The notes beneath the pieces are model-generated. The model saw only the letters and a list, made by a program, of their open reading frames with translations. It was not told where the DNA came from and did no database searches. A program made the translations under genes and the position numbers. 64,000 nt of DNA from Paraphysomonas bandaiensis (Eukaryota > Protista > Chrysophyceae), in assembly GCA_965644295.1 (NCBI GenBank), contig CBFFRP010000295.1, positions 1-64,000 of the forward strand, read 5' to 3'. Below, piece by piece: positions 51,253 through 64,000 of this stretch (the stretch's first letter is position 1; the number at the start of each line of letters is the position of its first letter).

Positions 51253-51738
51253 TCATTTTTTTCTCCGGAACTGAACGGTTCGTAGTGATAGCAATAGCTT
51301 TGTTGCCAATTCATGGTGCTCTCTGAAGTCAATTGTACCACATGCTGTAACGAAATCATTTTGCTTTCTCGCTGATCTTAAATCTGAGTGGGCTAGGTCA
51401 TGACGCTGTCTTGATGTCTCAATCAACAATTCAACATCAACAGATTGTGGTAAGATTGCATTGATAGGGTCTTTGAAATTATTCAACTCACTGCTATCAC
51501 ATTCTCCATCGTCGATCATCGCTTTAATATCAGCATATCTCTCTAGCAATTGATTCCAAGATGAATACCCAAGAGTTGAAAAATGCGGTGTAATAAAGTA
51601 ATACTCAAACAAGCATATCAAGTCATACATTATCACAAGATTACTCTGTTGAGATAGTTGTAATTGAAGACCATTAACTTGCACCTGAAGATCATTAACT
51701 TGCAACTGAAGATCTTGAACGGTTCCTTCTAATTGCAT
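51253..51738 (-). CDS. Hypothetical protein with an N-terminal coiled coil (true start may be upstream)
   Basis: 161-aa ORF with LQLQVNDLQVQVNGLQLQL heptads. Confidence 0.55.
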   Translation of the reverse strand: MQLEGTVQDLQLQVNDLQVQVNGLQLQLSQQSNLVIMYDLICLFEYYFITPHFSTLGYSSWNQLLERYADIKAMIDDGECDSSELNNFKDPINAILPQSVDVELLIETSRQRHDLAHSDLRSARKQNDFVTACGTIDFREHHELATKLLLSLRTVQFRRKK

Positions 51739-51997
51739 TCGTCTTATACGTTCATCCTTTAAATTATTCTGTAAGGTTTTAATAATCTTCTCAATATTTG
51801 TATAATTGTCTTAATAATCTGATAATGTTTATTAAAGTATGTACTGGGGGTGGTTGTGGATATATCGATTTCATCGATTTGTTCATCGTTTATTTCATTG
51901 AAAAATCATCGTTTTTTTATTAAAAAGTCACTTTTCTCACTTTTCACTGAAAAAAGGACGATTTTTCGATGATATAAACGATAAACAAATCGATGAA

Positions 51998-52520
51998 ATA
52001 CATACATACATACATACATACATACATACATACATACATACATACATACATACATACATACATACATACATACATACATACATACATACATACCTACATA
52101 CCTACATACATACATACATACATACATACATACATACATACATACATACATACATACATACATACATACATACACACACACCTACATACATACATACATA
52201 CATACATACATACATACATACATACATACATACATACATACATACATACATACATACATACATACATACATACATACATACATACATACATACATACATA
52301 CATACATACATACCTACATACATGCATACATACTGTACATACATACATACATACATACATACATACATACATACATACATACATACATACATACATACAT
52401 ACATACATACATACATACATACATACATACATACATACATACATACATACATACATACATACATACATACATACATACATACATACATACAGACATACAT
52501 ACAGACATACATACAGACAT
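51998..52520. repeat. (ACAT)n microsatellite of about 520 bp
   Basis: Read directly; a few variant units. Confidence 0.99.
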
Positions 52521-52607
52521 CTACATACCATAGTCACTCCATTCACATGTACACACATCTCTTAATCTCATTATTATAACCTCCTCCTCCTCATCTCCCA
52601 TTCTACC

Positions 52608-53886
52608 ATGTTCAAATACACCAGATCTATCTTTCATACTCCAATTCTTTCACGTCATCGTTCTAAATTACGTCCACAAGTATTTCAAGAAAATCAATGG
52701 TTACCTGCATTTGCAGGTATCTCATCAATGCTTGTATTAGGTATATTAACAGCAATAAAAAGACGTAATGAAACAAAAAAGAAAAATAAACAAATTAAAA
52801 AAATGAAAAAAGATTTAAAAAATCTTTTAAAGAATGATTTACATAATCATTCAATTAATGCATTTACTCCAATGATGATACGTTTAGCATTTAATTCATC
52901 TGCTACATATTCAAGATATGATAAAAGTGGTGGTAGTAATGGTGGATTTATGCGTATATTACCAGAATGTAATTGGAATGCAAATGCTGGACTTGATAAA
53001 GCAAGAGAATTTTTAGAACCAATTAAAGAAAAGCATCCGGATGTATCTTATGGGGACATATGGACACTTGCAGGTGCATTAGCAGTGGAATTAATGGGTG
53101 GACCAAAGATTACATGGCGATATGGTAGGGCTGATTTAGATGAATCAGAGCATGATCCCAATGTTGATGAATCGCGACTACCTGTGCCATCTACTGGATG
53201 TCCTGCAAGTGACATTGCCCATATCAAATCCATATTCGGTCGTATTGGCCAACTGAATTATAAGGAAATTGTGTCCTTAATAGGCGCTCACTCTGTTGGC
53301 CGCTGTCATGAGGACGCCTCGGGGTACACGGGTCCTTGGACGAAAGATGAGACCTCATTCTCAAATGACTATTTCAAAGTTCTTCTTCAGGAACAGTGGA
53401 CTCTCAAGAAAACTCACAACGGAAAGGTTAGTATTGTGTTTATTTATTTCTGTCTGCGATGGATACGTTAACCACAATGCTTCTACAGAAGTGGACTGGA
53501 CCTCCACAATATGAGAATGCGGACGGAACTCTAATGATGCTCCCAGTGGACATCGCCCTCCTTTACGACAGTCGATTTCGGGAGTACGTAGAACATTTTG
53601 CCGAGGACGAAGAAGATTTTAGAGCTACATTCTCCAAGGCATTTAGCAAGGTGTGTTAAGTCTATAGTATAGTGGCGCGTGCGTATTGTTTGTATGGATT
53701 TTGAGCTGTAAATATGTGGATTTCTGAGTAATCGTTAGCGACCATGCATGTGTACTTGTTGTCGTTTTATGAATTACTTAACGGTAGCTGATATGTGCAC
53801 GTATTGCTCAGGTGTTAGAAAATGGCGTTGAGCTGCAGACCCCAAAACCTGGGGTAATGTCGAAGTATTGGGGTTTTGATATATAG
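52608..53886 (+). CDS. Class I heme peroxidase (cytochrome c/ascorbate peroxidase-like) with a presequence and TM segment, 3 exons
   Basis: GGSNGGFMR, NAGLDKAREFLEPIK, ITWRYGR, LIGAHSVGRCH (proximal His), SGYTGPWT, LMMLPVDIAL, FSKAFSKVLENGV. Confidence 0.92.
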
Positions 53887-54664
53887 ACAGTAACAGAGTA
53901 TTGTTATACCATAGTGTACTTCACGTGGATAGAGTTTGATAGTATCTGACTGAGACCATTCACTGTGTTTTGAAACCGGTGTGATTGAGCAGTCTAAGTA
54001 ATCACATCTACGTGTAATATGTCGTTGCTTGATACCTTGGTAATACTTACCGTGCTTACGTGCTTAAGAGTAAGTGGCACCCTTGATCATAGGTGGGATA
54101 TTACTTTAGTCAACATTAATGGCTACATGGCTACATATCTATCTACAGCAATGGCTTACGTTAAAACTACTTTCACTATATTGAGTTTTGCTGTTCAAGA
54201 GCAATTAATAGCTGTAGTTCTAAGCGTTCTAAAGTATTACATCAAATGAACTATCATATAGTAGTGAAACGGAATATATTGAAAGTATAAGATCGGATGA
54301 AAATTAGTGGTAGTTGAGATAGCATGAATTTGGCGCATGACAATGAATGTTAAATGAGATTGATCATAATTTCTAAGTAAAGCATTGAGTGTGATTTACG
54401 TTCAGTTTATCAAGCTTTTGTGTGCAACGAGATGAGTACAAAACGTTGTAATGCAAGATCATTATACGTCCAGTAATATAGTAACTTATTTAAGTGCTTG
54501 AGGGTCACATCATGGTGAAATGGTCGTCTAATAAATCCCCATATGTACTACGACAAACCATTCCACAGGTAGAGGCTACCTCATGTTCTAATACACACAT
54601 ACTACGTGTAGTTTTTATGTGCTATGCCCTGGTATTCGAGTTATAACAGTTAAAGTATAGGTAT

Positions 54665-56161
54665 TTAAGAAACGTACATGGTATCTCCGAACATGCGTAT
54701 CTGCAAACAAAAAGTCAAAATCACAACAGCGCTAGTAGTGCTACATACATCTTTGCCCACTGGATTTCCACCAAGGATATCATCAGTCAATAACCCCGGC
54801 GAAGGGGTGAGGTTGTCGAAAAGATCCATTACTCTGAATACACGTCGCACCCACTCATTCCAAGATATATCCGGGCGATCACTGGCATTGATATGTGTTG
54901 TGCTATGTTCGCCCGCTTCGGAAGGGTTGATCTCGGAGGCGAATGCCCAGTAGACGATCAGAGAAAATACCGCATACTCTATAAGCACACCAAAACCTGA
55001 GGACATCGAGATCCATAATTAGTCGGCGCATTGAGCACAGAGTGTAACACATGATGATCATAAGCTAATTTAACAAGATATTTTATACGGTAATAAGTAT
55101 ACGTACACAGCGCTCGCTGAGCCCTCTGTTCTGCGCTGTATTGGTCTGTGGCCTTGATATCCAAAGTGCCCGTGGAGTAAAGAAGCTCTTCAATCAGCCC
55201 TTGTACCACCATTGCACCCACACTTACTTTGAGTAGAATGATCTTGCACGTTCCATTGACATTGCCGCTCACATTGTACACATTTTCATCTACCAGTGAG
55301 AAAGCATTAGATCCGCACAATGTAGTCGGTGTACTTACAAAAAAGAACGATTGACCCAAAGCCGATGATAAACATGACAACGGTGGTGAGATTAAACACG
55401 AGGTACCCCGCTTTGTTATCATTGTACGCGAATAGAGCCGCGAGTATAACAAAAACGGGTCGAACGCAAAGAAATTGAAGCAGACCAAGCTTAACACGGT
55501 TAAAAAACTTTAGAGCGTCCGACGGACAGCAGAAACAAGGTTTACGATCTTGAGATCTCATGATCTTGAGGCACATATCGGGACCACCCAAGTTTGCAAT
55601 AATCATAGCGAAGAATCCGTAAAACGAAAGCCCTAAGACGAGATTAAGGATTATCTCTACATAATGCTATATATATTCAAATATACTTATCTTAACACCT
55701 ACTTCTACTTATATATATCTATACACATTTTCTATACCTACATATCTCTATATACATCTAGTTATACATATCTATACTACAATATAATACACCATCTGTC
55801 TATATCTATCTATATATATACACCATACACTGTCTATCTATACATACATATATATATACTGCATATCTATACATATATATACATACACTGCCCATCTATA
55901 CATACATATACATACTGTACCTTCAGCAATCGCAATAGGTGCCTCTATAATCCCAAACATTGAAGGAAATGTAAGTGATAACCATAATAAACATGCATAT
56001 GTTGGTAAAAATAATGCAATTCTTGTTGTTAAAACTTGTACACGTAATGTTCCAACTTTAAGTGTAAGATAATGTGCTCGTAAGATGCCAATCCATGCAA
56101 TTAAAGGGATACATACGAGTGATATGCCTATTAATGAATAAATATCTATTTGTGTAGTCAT
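54665..56161 (-). CDS. TMEM184/OST-alpha family membrane protein, multi-exon
   Basis: RAHYL..RIALFLPTYACLLWLSL..IAEG.SFYGFF..LGG..RVKLGLLQFLCVRPV..ILLKVSVGAMVVQGLI. Confidence 0.8.
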
Positions 56162-56269
56162 TTCAATGATTGATGATAAGAAATGAATAAAGAATGAATG
56201 AATTGATATGATTAAGTTGTTAAGGTAGGAGTGGATTATGATAATGTTTAATTTATGATGAGATGGGAA

Positions 56270-57105
56270 GATTTATGTACATTAGATGTACCTGGAGATT
56301 ACGTATATGGACATGTACTGATGTACATTAGATGTACCTGGAGATTACGTACATAAATATACTGCTGATGTACGTACTGATATATATGGACATGTACTGA
56401 TGTACCTGTAGATCACATACAACTGATGTATATATGGCTGATGTACATTAGATGTACCTGGAGATTACGTATATAAATATACTGCTGATGTACCGTACTG
56501 ATATATATGGACATGTACTGATGTACATTAGATATACCTGCAGATCACATACAACTAATGTATATATGGACATGTACTGATGTACATACTGCTGATGTAC
56601 TACGTACTGATTTATATGGACCTGTAGTACCTGTAGATCACATACAACTAATGTATGTATGGACCTGTAGATACATGGATACTGTACATACATCTATATG
56701 GGCCTGTACTGATGTACATTACATGTACCTGTAGATCACATACAACTAATGTATGTATGGACCTGTACTGATGTACATAACTATACTGCTGATGTACATA
56801 AATATACTGCTGATGTACATAAACATATTGCTGATGTATATATGGACCTGTACTGATGTACATAAATACACTGCTGATGTACGTACTGATTTATATGGAC
56901 CTGTAGTGATGTACATTAGATGTACCTCTAGATCACATACAACTGATATATATATTGACCATATATATAATGCTGATGTACGTACTGATATATATGGACC
57001 TGTACTGATGTACATTAGATGAACCTGTATTGTACTGATGTACATTAAATATATATGAATATGGACCTGTAGATAACACTCATTGATGTACACATATGGA
57101 CCTTA
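56270..57105. repeat. Degenerate minisatellite built from GTACTGATGTACATTAGATGTACCTG / ATATATGGACCTG modules
   Basis: Shuffled modules read directly. Confidence 0.85.
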
Positions 57106-57580
57106 ATATACTGCTGTACTGTACATATGTATGATATTCTGTATATAAATAATTAAAAAACTGGATTTAATACAAAAACTGGAGAATATTCCTCTCGAAA
57201 AACCTCTTTTTGCTATATACTGCTGTGTATGATACACAGTCTGTGAATAAGAATATTCTTCAACACGTAACTCTCTCTTCATACTCTGAAATGAAGTCAC
57301 TTTTCATATATAATCATAGTTAAAAGAACATACTGATTACACTTCAGAATATTCTTGGAAATATCTCTCTTCTTAATGCCATAGTATATATACTCTCATT
57401 CATTATAAAAGAACATACTGATTACACTTCAGAATCTTCCTAGAAATATCTCTCTCTTCTCAGTAGTATATATATACATACTCTCATTCATTCATTATCT
57501 TCCCATTCTAACACTCATATATATACACATCACACACTTACATATACACACTTACATATACATACATACATCCATTAAAC

Positions 57581-57922
57581 ATGACATCAAATCATATATA
57601 AATATTTCAATTTAATAAAATTGAACATTTTAATGATGATGGTGAATGTAATAAAACTTGTTGGCAAGATGCTGAAGAACAAATTCATAATGAATATAAA
57701 AATGAAACTGATCCACGTAAAATTGAATTATTACAACAATTAATTAGTTTACTTCCTAATATACGTGAATTAGATCGTCCTGAAACAATATTAAAAAATG
57801 CTGAAGATGGATGTGATTGGCATATACATCTTGTATGAATTGGATCTGTACATATATATGTATATATTGTGATATAATCTTCGTAGGAGGCTGTATATTA
57901 TCTTACGCATGAATCTATATAA
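57581..57922 (+). pseudogene. Small two-exon gene with an in-frame TAA at codon 7
   Basis: MTSNHI*IFQFNKIEHFNDDGECNKTCWQDAEEQ...DWHIHL, GT-AG intron, then EAVYYLTHESI*. Confidence 0.45.
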
Positions 57923-58703
57923 TGTAACAAAATGTTATTCCTCTCTTGTCCACTATAATTATATTTAAAGCAATATCTCCATTGTTTCACTAGTCGTCGC
58001 TCGCCGAGTTTGTGCAATAGATATATAGTATATAGCACAATTCTCATTCTACAGCATATATCAACTGAGTATACTGCATATTCGCAACATTCTAAGTGCT
58101 TTATAGTAATGACTCTAACATACACCTCTATGAATGGTCGCATTTTGGTGCTTGCGGCGACGCTCAAGCAACTCTTGTAGCGTTAAACAGTAAGATATTA
58201 GAGTTTGCACTAGTTAGTAAATGGTGGATGCTTATCTCGCTTGACTCCTTTGTTCATTTAGCTAGTAATCTGATTCTGACTCTTGAACGCTGTGCTAAAT
58301 AATAAATAAACATTTACTGCTAACTACTAACAATGCAACAGTTGTCCTTTCCCTAAAATAAGTTGTACATTATATTCTACGTTGTCACATTCACTAATAA
58401 TAAGGTACACTTACTTCAAATACTTAAAATTCTAAATTGAATATTTTAAGTTTAGTTCGGTACTCTGACGCTACTGACAAGATCTATACGTTACTTAATC
58501 AAAACAAAGTAGCACGTTACCATACTGTACATACGTGCATACATACGTAACATACATACATACATCATATTCCACATCAGTACAAAATATGCCCACATGA
58601 ACAAGATATAGGACCAACTGCCTGCAATGGCACAGGGAACCAGTAACATCATCTTCGTCGCTAAAATCGTACAGCCATTCATTCTTAACGGGATTTAAAC
58701 AGT

Positions 58704-59453
58704 ATGTGGGTTGTATTATTTGGTGAAATTACGAAACTTTTAGCTTCTAAAATTGAATGTATTTCTGAAATTATGCTAACAATCGTAAGCGTATCAGAGG
58801 AACCTATCGGTTACTGGGCTAATACAATATGTGATGCATATTTCTTATTCTCATCAGCTCTTTTACTAGCTAAGTCACCAGAAACTGGTTGTAAAAATGG
58901 TGGTCCGTGTTATGAAGAGTATGCTGATGAGGAGGAGTTAGTATCTGCATATAAAGCTTATCAAATAATTACACTTATAAATGGTGCCATTAAAACATCT
59001 CTTTGTGCATTATATATTGCATTATTTCTTGTTGTTAACTATTTTGCAGTGAATAGTGGTACTATGGGACATATTGATATGTTCGATAACTTCAAACCAA
59101 TAAATGCTTACATAGGTCGCCATTTATCGAAAGCAGATGATCCAACCATATTTCTGCACTTATGTAGGATTCTAACATGTATAGCTTCCGTTGCCCAGCT
59201 TGGAGCATTTTTGGAATTGTATAATACAGCAAAAGAGTATGATGGGACCTATACAACTTATGACTGCAGCAATTACTCGTCGCATTTTTGTGGAGGAAGT
59301 TCCAAAGACGTGCATATAGACATGAAGCAAGTTTATGCTACAATGTCAATAAGTTGTATAAACCTTGCTGATTCTGCTATCTTTCTTATTGTCTTCACAA
59401 TCATCATGAACTGCAGCATTGAAAACAGGAATCTCATATTTTACGGAGTTTAA
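58704..59453 (+). CDS. Multi-pass membrane hypothetical protein with Cys-containing loops
   Basis: 249-aa intronless ORF with 4-5 hydrophobic segments. Confidence 0.55.
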   Translation: MWVVLFGEITKLLASKIECISEIMLTIVSVSEEPIGYWANTICDAYFLFSSALLLAKSPETGCKNGGPCYEEYADEEELVSAYKAYQIITLINGAIKTSLCALYIALFLVVNYFAVNSGTMGHIDMFDNFKPINAYIGRHLSKADDPTIFLHLCRILTCIASVAQLGAFLELYNTAKEYDGTYTTYDCSNYSSHFCGGSSKDVHIDMKQVYATMSISCINLADSAIFLIVFTIIMNCSIENRNLIFYGV

Positions 59454-60298
59454 CCATGGAATATCTAGAATCATAGCGGGACTGTGAACTGTAAACCTCT
59501 ACTCTACTTTAGGCTCCATTCTGAGCGCGTACTTAGGTAGATCCGGGTGGGTGCCTAACTAAATACTTGATTAAGTCCCATGTGTTATTTGCTACCAATT
59601 GAAACCAACTAGCTACATAATTATCACACAGTTTATAGCGCTGAACTAAGAATTGTGTACATAGGTTGAGGTGCACTCAGCAGCACTCACTAGACAGTCA
59701 AACGCCGTGATTAGTTACGCTGTCAATATGGGGCATCCTCTTCCATTAAAATAATCAATGATCAATGTGAATCAATTAATATGTCTACAACTACAATATT
59801 ATCTGCAAGCAACTTCCAAAGTACAGAACTTGCATCTTATTATCAATAATCAACAGGGGGCGATAACAATATACAGAAAAAGCGGTTGTACCTTGGTGTT
59901 TGCGGTGATGCACAAACACCTTTCGTAGCGCCACATAGTAGCTACTTATCAGAGATAAGCTGTAGTTAGTTATTTTGCTACATTAGTTCTGACTCTAACT
60001 CGCCCATTGCTAATTCTTATTCAACTGGAATCCCTTCAAAAGGTAGCACTGCTTGAATCTGTGCATAGCACTAGAATTAGTATACGTAGATTCTTAGTTT
60101 CTAGAACTATAGCATATTACCCTGAGAGGGAGTGTGTGGTCAACACGACTGGAAGGAAAGGGAAATACAGCGATAACGTAAGACTACGATTATGAGCACC
60201 TCATTACTATGAAATATAACAGTATATAGTTACGAGCGTTATGAGTGCAGTATATAAAGATGAAACATATGTACTCTTCTTAATTGCGCATAAGTGGC

Positions 60299-60634
60299 TC
60301 AGCTAATACAGCAACCTGCATCAGGATTATGCTTTTCACATTTACATCGCTCGGAGTCCTATAAAACAAAATATAACAAAACATACAAGTTAATAATATA
60401 CAGATGTGTTATATATACAGATGTGTTATATACAGATGTGTTATATATACAGATGTGTTATATATACAGATGTGTTATATACAGATGTGTTATATACAGA
60501 TGTGTTATATATAGATGTGTATTGCAGTCTGTCCATATACTTACAGGGACTCCAGCAAGCGCTTGTTCAATATGCTGACCACACCCAGCCCATGTAAACT
60601 TTGTACATGTTTTACATTTTACTTTACGACACAT
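60299..60634 (-). CDS. 49-aa Cys-rich putative metal-binding protein with a C-terminal CaaX motif; exons 60634-60545 and 60358-60299
   Basis: MCRKVKCKTCTKFTWAGCGQHIEQALAGVP|DSERCKCEKHNPDAGCCIS*; GTAAGT...TAG intron. Confidence 0.8.
60396..60519. repeat. Intronic minisatellite (ATATACAGATGTGTT, about 7 copies)
   Basis: Read directly. Confidence 0.9.
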
Positions 60635-61701
60635 ATCTGCTGATGAATGAGATGTATAGAGAGGAGGTTGGTAGTATGTGATAGTCTCTAGAGGGACTGT
60701 GTATATGTATATATAGCAGCCTGTAAACTGAGAGGCAGTTGGATTTAAGGGTTTAGTAATGGCGTTTTTGTCATCTATTCCTAAAAAACCCAATATTTTG
60801 TATTTTTAGAAGATATATATTGGGATTTATAGAAAATACGCGTTTACTATTGATGGGGGGTGTATTGTATACTGTACTGCTGTATAACCAATTGTCCAAA
60901 TTTCCCAAAATTTGGTGATGTAAGACTTAAAATCTCATTTTTTTTGATGACTACAGCAAAAAACTACAGTTTTGGGACAACTACATGTTGTAATATCGCG
61001 ATTTTTGTAGGACCACATTGTGTATAGCAAAGGGACATAGCTCAGATGTAGTGAATGTCTTATTAGTAGCAATAGGTGTTGAGTCAGTGCTTAACTCTGA
61101 TATCCTACTATTTAATGATACGAAAGATGCTTGTGTGTCACCGCAAGTATCAAGGGGCTACTACTTTTATTAAGATACTCGATACAACATTCACGTACAT
61201 CTCTTAAGGCGTGAATACAATACATATATACGATAAAATATCAAATTAAGTGAATAATTACGAGATTATACAAAATACGCGACTGTACAAGATACGTAAA
61301 AGTGTGTGACGCTAACGCTCTGTTCAAACGTGTCTTGCTATTATACTATTTTGCTATTTGGCCTTGTCCTTTATATGAAGTTTATATAAGTAATCTTTAT
61401 GGATCTCTAATAGCAATACGAAGTGTATCTTTCATTAAATACTAAGGCTAGCTATAAATCTTGTTTACTTTTGCTCTATCACATTCAGGAATTGCTTTAC
61501 TACCACTGCTATTCTATTCTAGCTACTGCTAGTTTCATTAGATTAGCTTCGGTCTAATAATAAAATATTTGTTACATATGCTAGTATGTAAAATCGTGTT
61601 ATTATATACAATATTAGTAACGTATAAATCAGACTTTGCTGACATAATATTGACAAAAACTAACAACTGCTAACTGATACTCACATTAACAAACGCCTAA
61701 G

Positions 61702-63028
61702 CTAATATTCAGTGTGTTTCTTTCCTTTGAAATGTGGCTGAAAAGCTTGATGAGCAAGATCTAACGCTGAGATACGTCGAATTATGTCTCCTGGTAACAA
61801 GTAAAACTAAGTAGACTCAAAATATTCGTTAACACCTACCTTCACCCCCTCCATTCCCATCAAAACTGACACGAACCTTGCGTCCAGTCCCACGTCGGAC
61901 TCTTCCCACCACAGGTACTGCTTCACCATGCCCTGATCGCTGGCCGACTGACTGGTGCTGGCCGTCCTTAATACTATCCGCAATATCCATAGGAGCAATC
62001 CCCATGCCTAAATACAGATCCATTATTCCTATGATATTGGAGAAATAAACTCATATACCAATGGGAGCCTTTAGTTTATCTTCTTGTAGTACACTGAGCA
62101 TTGAAGACGATCTCGATGAAGGTATAGTGCCTACCGGGTCAAGGGGAGGAACATGTTTGACTTTCACACCTGATACGGGGGCCGTTCTATCACCTCCCCA
62201 TAGATATCTACACATCGTTAGAAATTAACGGTGAACATGTATGCGAACAGAACATACTTGGGTATACTTTCAGGAATAATAAATTCAGTAGAAATTTCAT
62301 TGATAAACCGATCAAGGTCTCTCGTTTGTCTCGCCTCTTCCGCATAAGTGGATTGTGCAGAGATCTGAAACCTGCAGAGGAACTCTCACAACCAATTTAT
62401 TAAACACGGTACAAACACTGAACACAGTTTCTACAAATGATCACGGTACTATTGGATGCAAAATAATACCTAAGGAATTCTGCGCTGGCAAAGTCAGGAG
62501 AATAACCCTGAAGCTTTCTTAACAGTAGAACCAGCAGCCCTGTAATCCTCCTTCCATCGAGACAGTGGACATATATCGACGAATTTTCGTTCTCAATGAT
62601 AACCTAAATACATAATATAAGACTAGTACAACAAACTATAAACCATTGCAATACATTAATGGCTTTGATTAAAGTAGATTGAAGGGCTTGATTGAGAGGA
62701 CATAGACGAGACACCTGTTCAAATACGATATGAATACATTCATATTCCATATAACAAGAACATATCTATACATATATATACATAACATAACATCTATACA
62801 TATACGTGTGTATGTATATATATGTAACTCTACCGGTATATGAACACTTTTAATCCCAAAACAATTACAAAACTCCATAAGATCTTTTGTAGGTGTCTCT
62901 GGTGTCAGAGATATGATCATATCTAATTGCAATCGTTTCATAAATCGAAAGTTTCTTAATGTTGGATACGCTCCTCTATAGAGGCCTATTTCAATGATAT
63001 TGTAACGTAATGGTGTGATAAGGGACAT
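61702..63028 (-). CDS. Siw14/OCA-family atypical dual-specificity phosphatase, OCA6-like, multi-exon
   Basis: LITPLRYNIIEIGLYRGAYPTLRNFRFMKRLQL; IYVHCLDGRRITGLLVLLLRKLQG; IPESIPKYLWGG; C-terminal ISALDL. Confidence 0.82.
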
Positions 63029-63686
63029 GTATATGGTGAGAGAGAGGGTAGAATATGAGGAGTGAGAGAGATATGTGTATATATATGTGGATGTAGAGAG
63101 ATGTGTCTCTATATATATGTATATATACCTCTATGAGTGGAATGGCCTGCGTATCGGTAGTCAGCGTCTTATATTTTGCGGGAATAATTTGAAGCAAATA
63201 TTTTCTATATTACTGCAATACAAGTACGGCTGGAATACAGATAATTATTGTCTCAATATTAGAGGCATATTTGAACAAAAATATACAAAGGATGCCGATA
63301 CGTGATAGAGAGACGAGTGCTTTTCACCTGGGAATTCCTACCTACCTACATACATAGCTACCTACGTACAGTATTTACCTACATACAGTACCTACCTACC
63401 TACACTGTACCTACCTACCTACACTGTACCTACCTACCTACACTGTACCTATCTACCTACTTACTTACCTACATACATTATACGTAGTATACTTGTGTCG
63501 TGCTTTTTTCAGTTTGCAGACCTGGTCCGAATAATGTACATATCCGGGAAATGTCTTTTCCTTGGTCTTTTTGTCCCATAGAGGATATGTGCCTGCTCTC
63601 ATATGCTATCATAACCTGAAATCATCTCATTATCATTTGCTGTTATAGATATCAACATCAATTTGACTTGGCATTCATTTTGTGTT

Positions 63687-64000
63687 ATGGACGATCTAAG
63701 AGAAGAATTTACTAGGCTAGGTGTGAATGAGGAGCCTGTGAATGAGGAGCCTGTGAATGAGGAGCCTGTGAATGAGGAGCCTGTGAATGAGGAGCCTGTG
63801 AATGAGGAGCCTGTGAATGAGGAGCCTGTGAATGAGGAGCCTGTGAATGAGGAGCCTGTGAATGAGGAGCCTGTGAATGTGGAGCCTGTGAGTGAGGAGG
63901 AACTTTTCAATTCAGCACAAACTTTCAAGAATGCAAATAATATTACTCTGGAGTATAGATATCAACATATGGCAAGCACTATGGCTGGAAGATTTCCTAT
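63687..64000 (+). CDS. ORF with (VNEEP)x10 repeats, open to the window end
   Basis: MDDLREEFTRLG(VNEEP)10VNVEPVSEEELFNSAQTFK..., no stop before 64000; 15-bp unit GTGAATGAGGAGCCT. Confidence 0.5.
   Translation, partial: MDDLREEFTRLGVNEEPVNEEPVNEEPVNEEPVNEEPVNEEPVNEEPVNEEPVNEEPVNEEPVNVEPVSEEELFNSAQTFKNANNITLEYRYQHMASTMAGRFP

Noticed and set aside
56448-57093. Several short Y/V/H-rich ORFs
   Set aside because: Products of a degenerate minisatellite.
57581-57620. TAA reassignment (alternative genetic code)
   Set aside because: TAA terminates WDR46, DYRK and the methyltransferase at the expected positions.
63599-63928. Minus-strand (SSFTG)n ORF
   Set aside because: Non-ATG start; the plus-strand VNEEP frame with an ATG is more plausible.

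Overview
Intron-rich eukaryotic DNA with short GT-AG introns, probably from a flagellated protist such as a stramenopile (inferred from CFAP52, the hAT and Copia types and the Polinton-like virus relics). Host genes are RPS7, an EF-hand protein, UTP7/WDR46, an RCC1-HECT ligase, a DYRK1-like kinase, CFAP52, mitochondrial MDH, a sulfotransferase-methyltransferase fusion, TRAPPC8, a class I heme peroxidase, a TMEM184-like protein, a 49-aa Cys-rich CaaX protein and an OCA6-like phosphatase. They are interspersed with hAT elements, MITEs, a truncated Copia, (ACAT)n tracts and two AT-rich viral segments (1-2098 and 31559-35748). Top finding: the 314-bp tandem repeat at 9.17-10.59 kb, read on the minus strand, is a duplicated mini-exon plus intron unit in the UTP7 5' UTR. 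Each of the five introns carries a canonical box H/ACA snoRNA with plausible LSU rRNA targets. Second finding: a Polinton-like virus relic (capsid fragment, D5-like helicase) sits inside a hAT element, flanked by a 379-bp duplication of host DNA. It shares an AT|A7-purine-hairpin terminus with the other viral segment. All calls were made by eye, without database searches.
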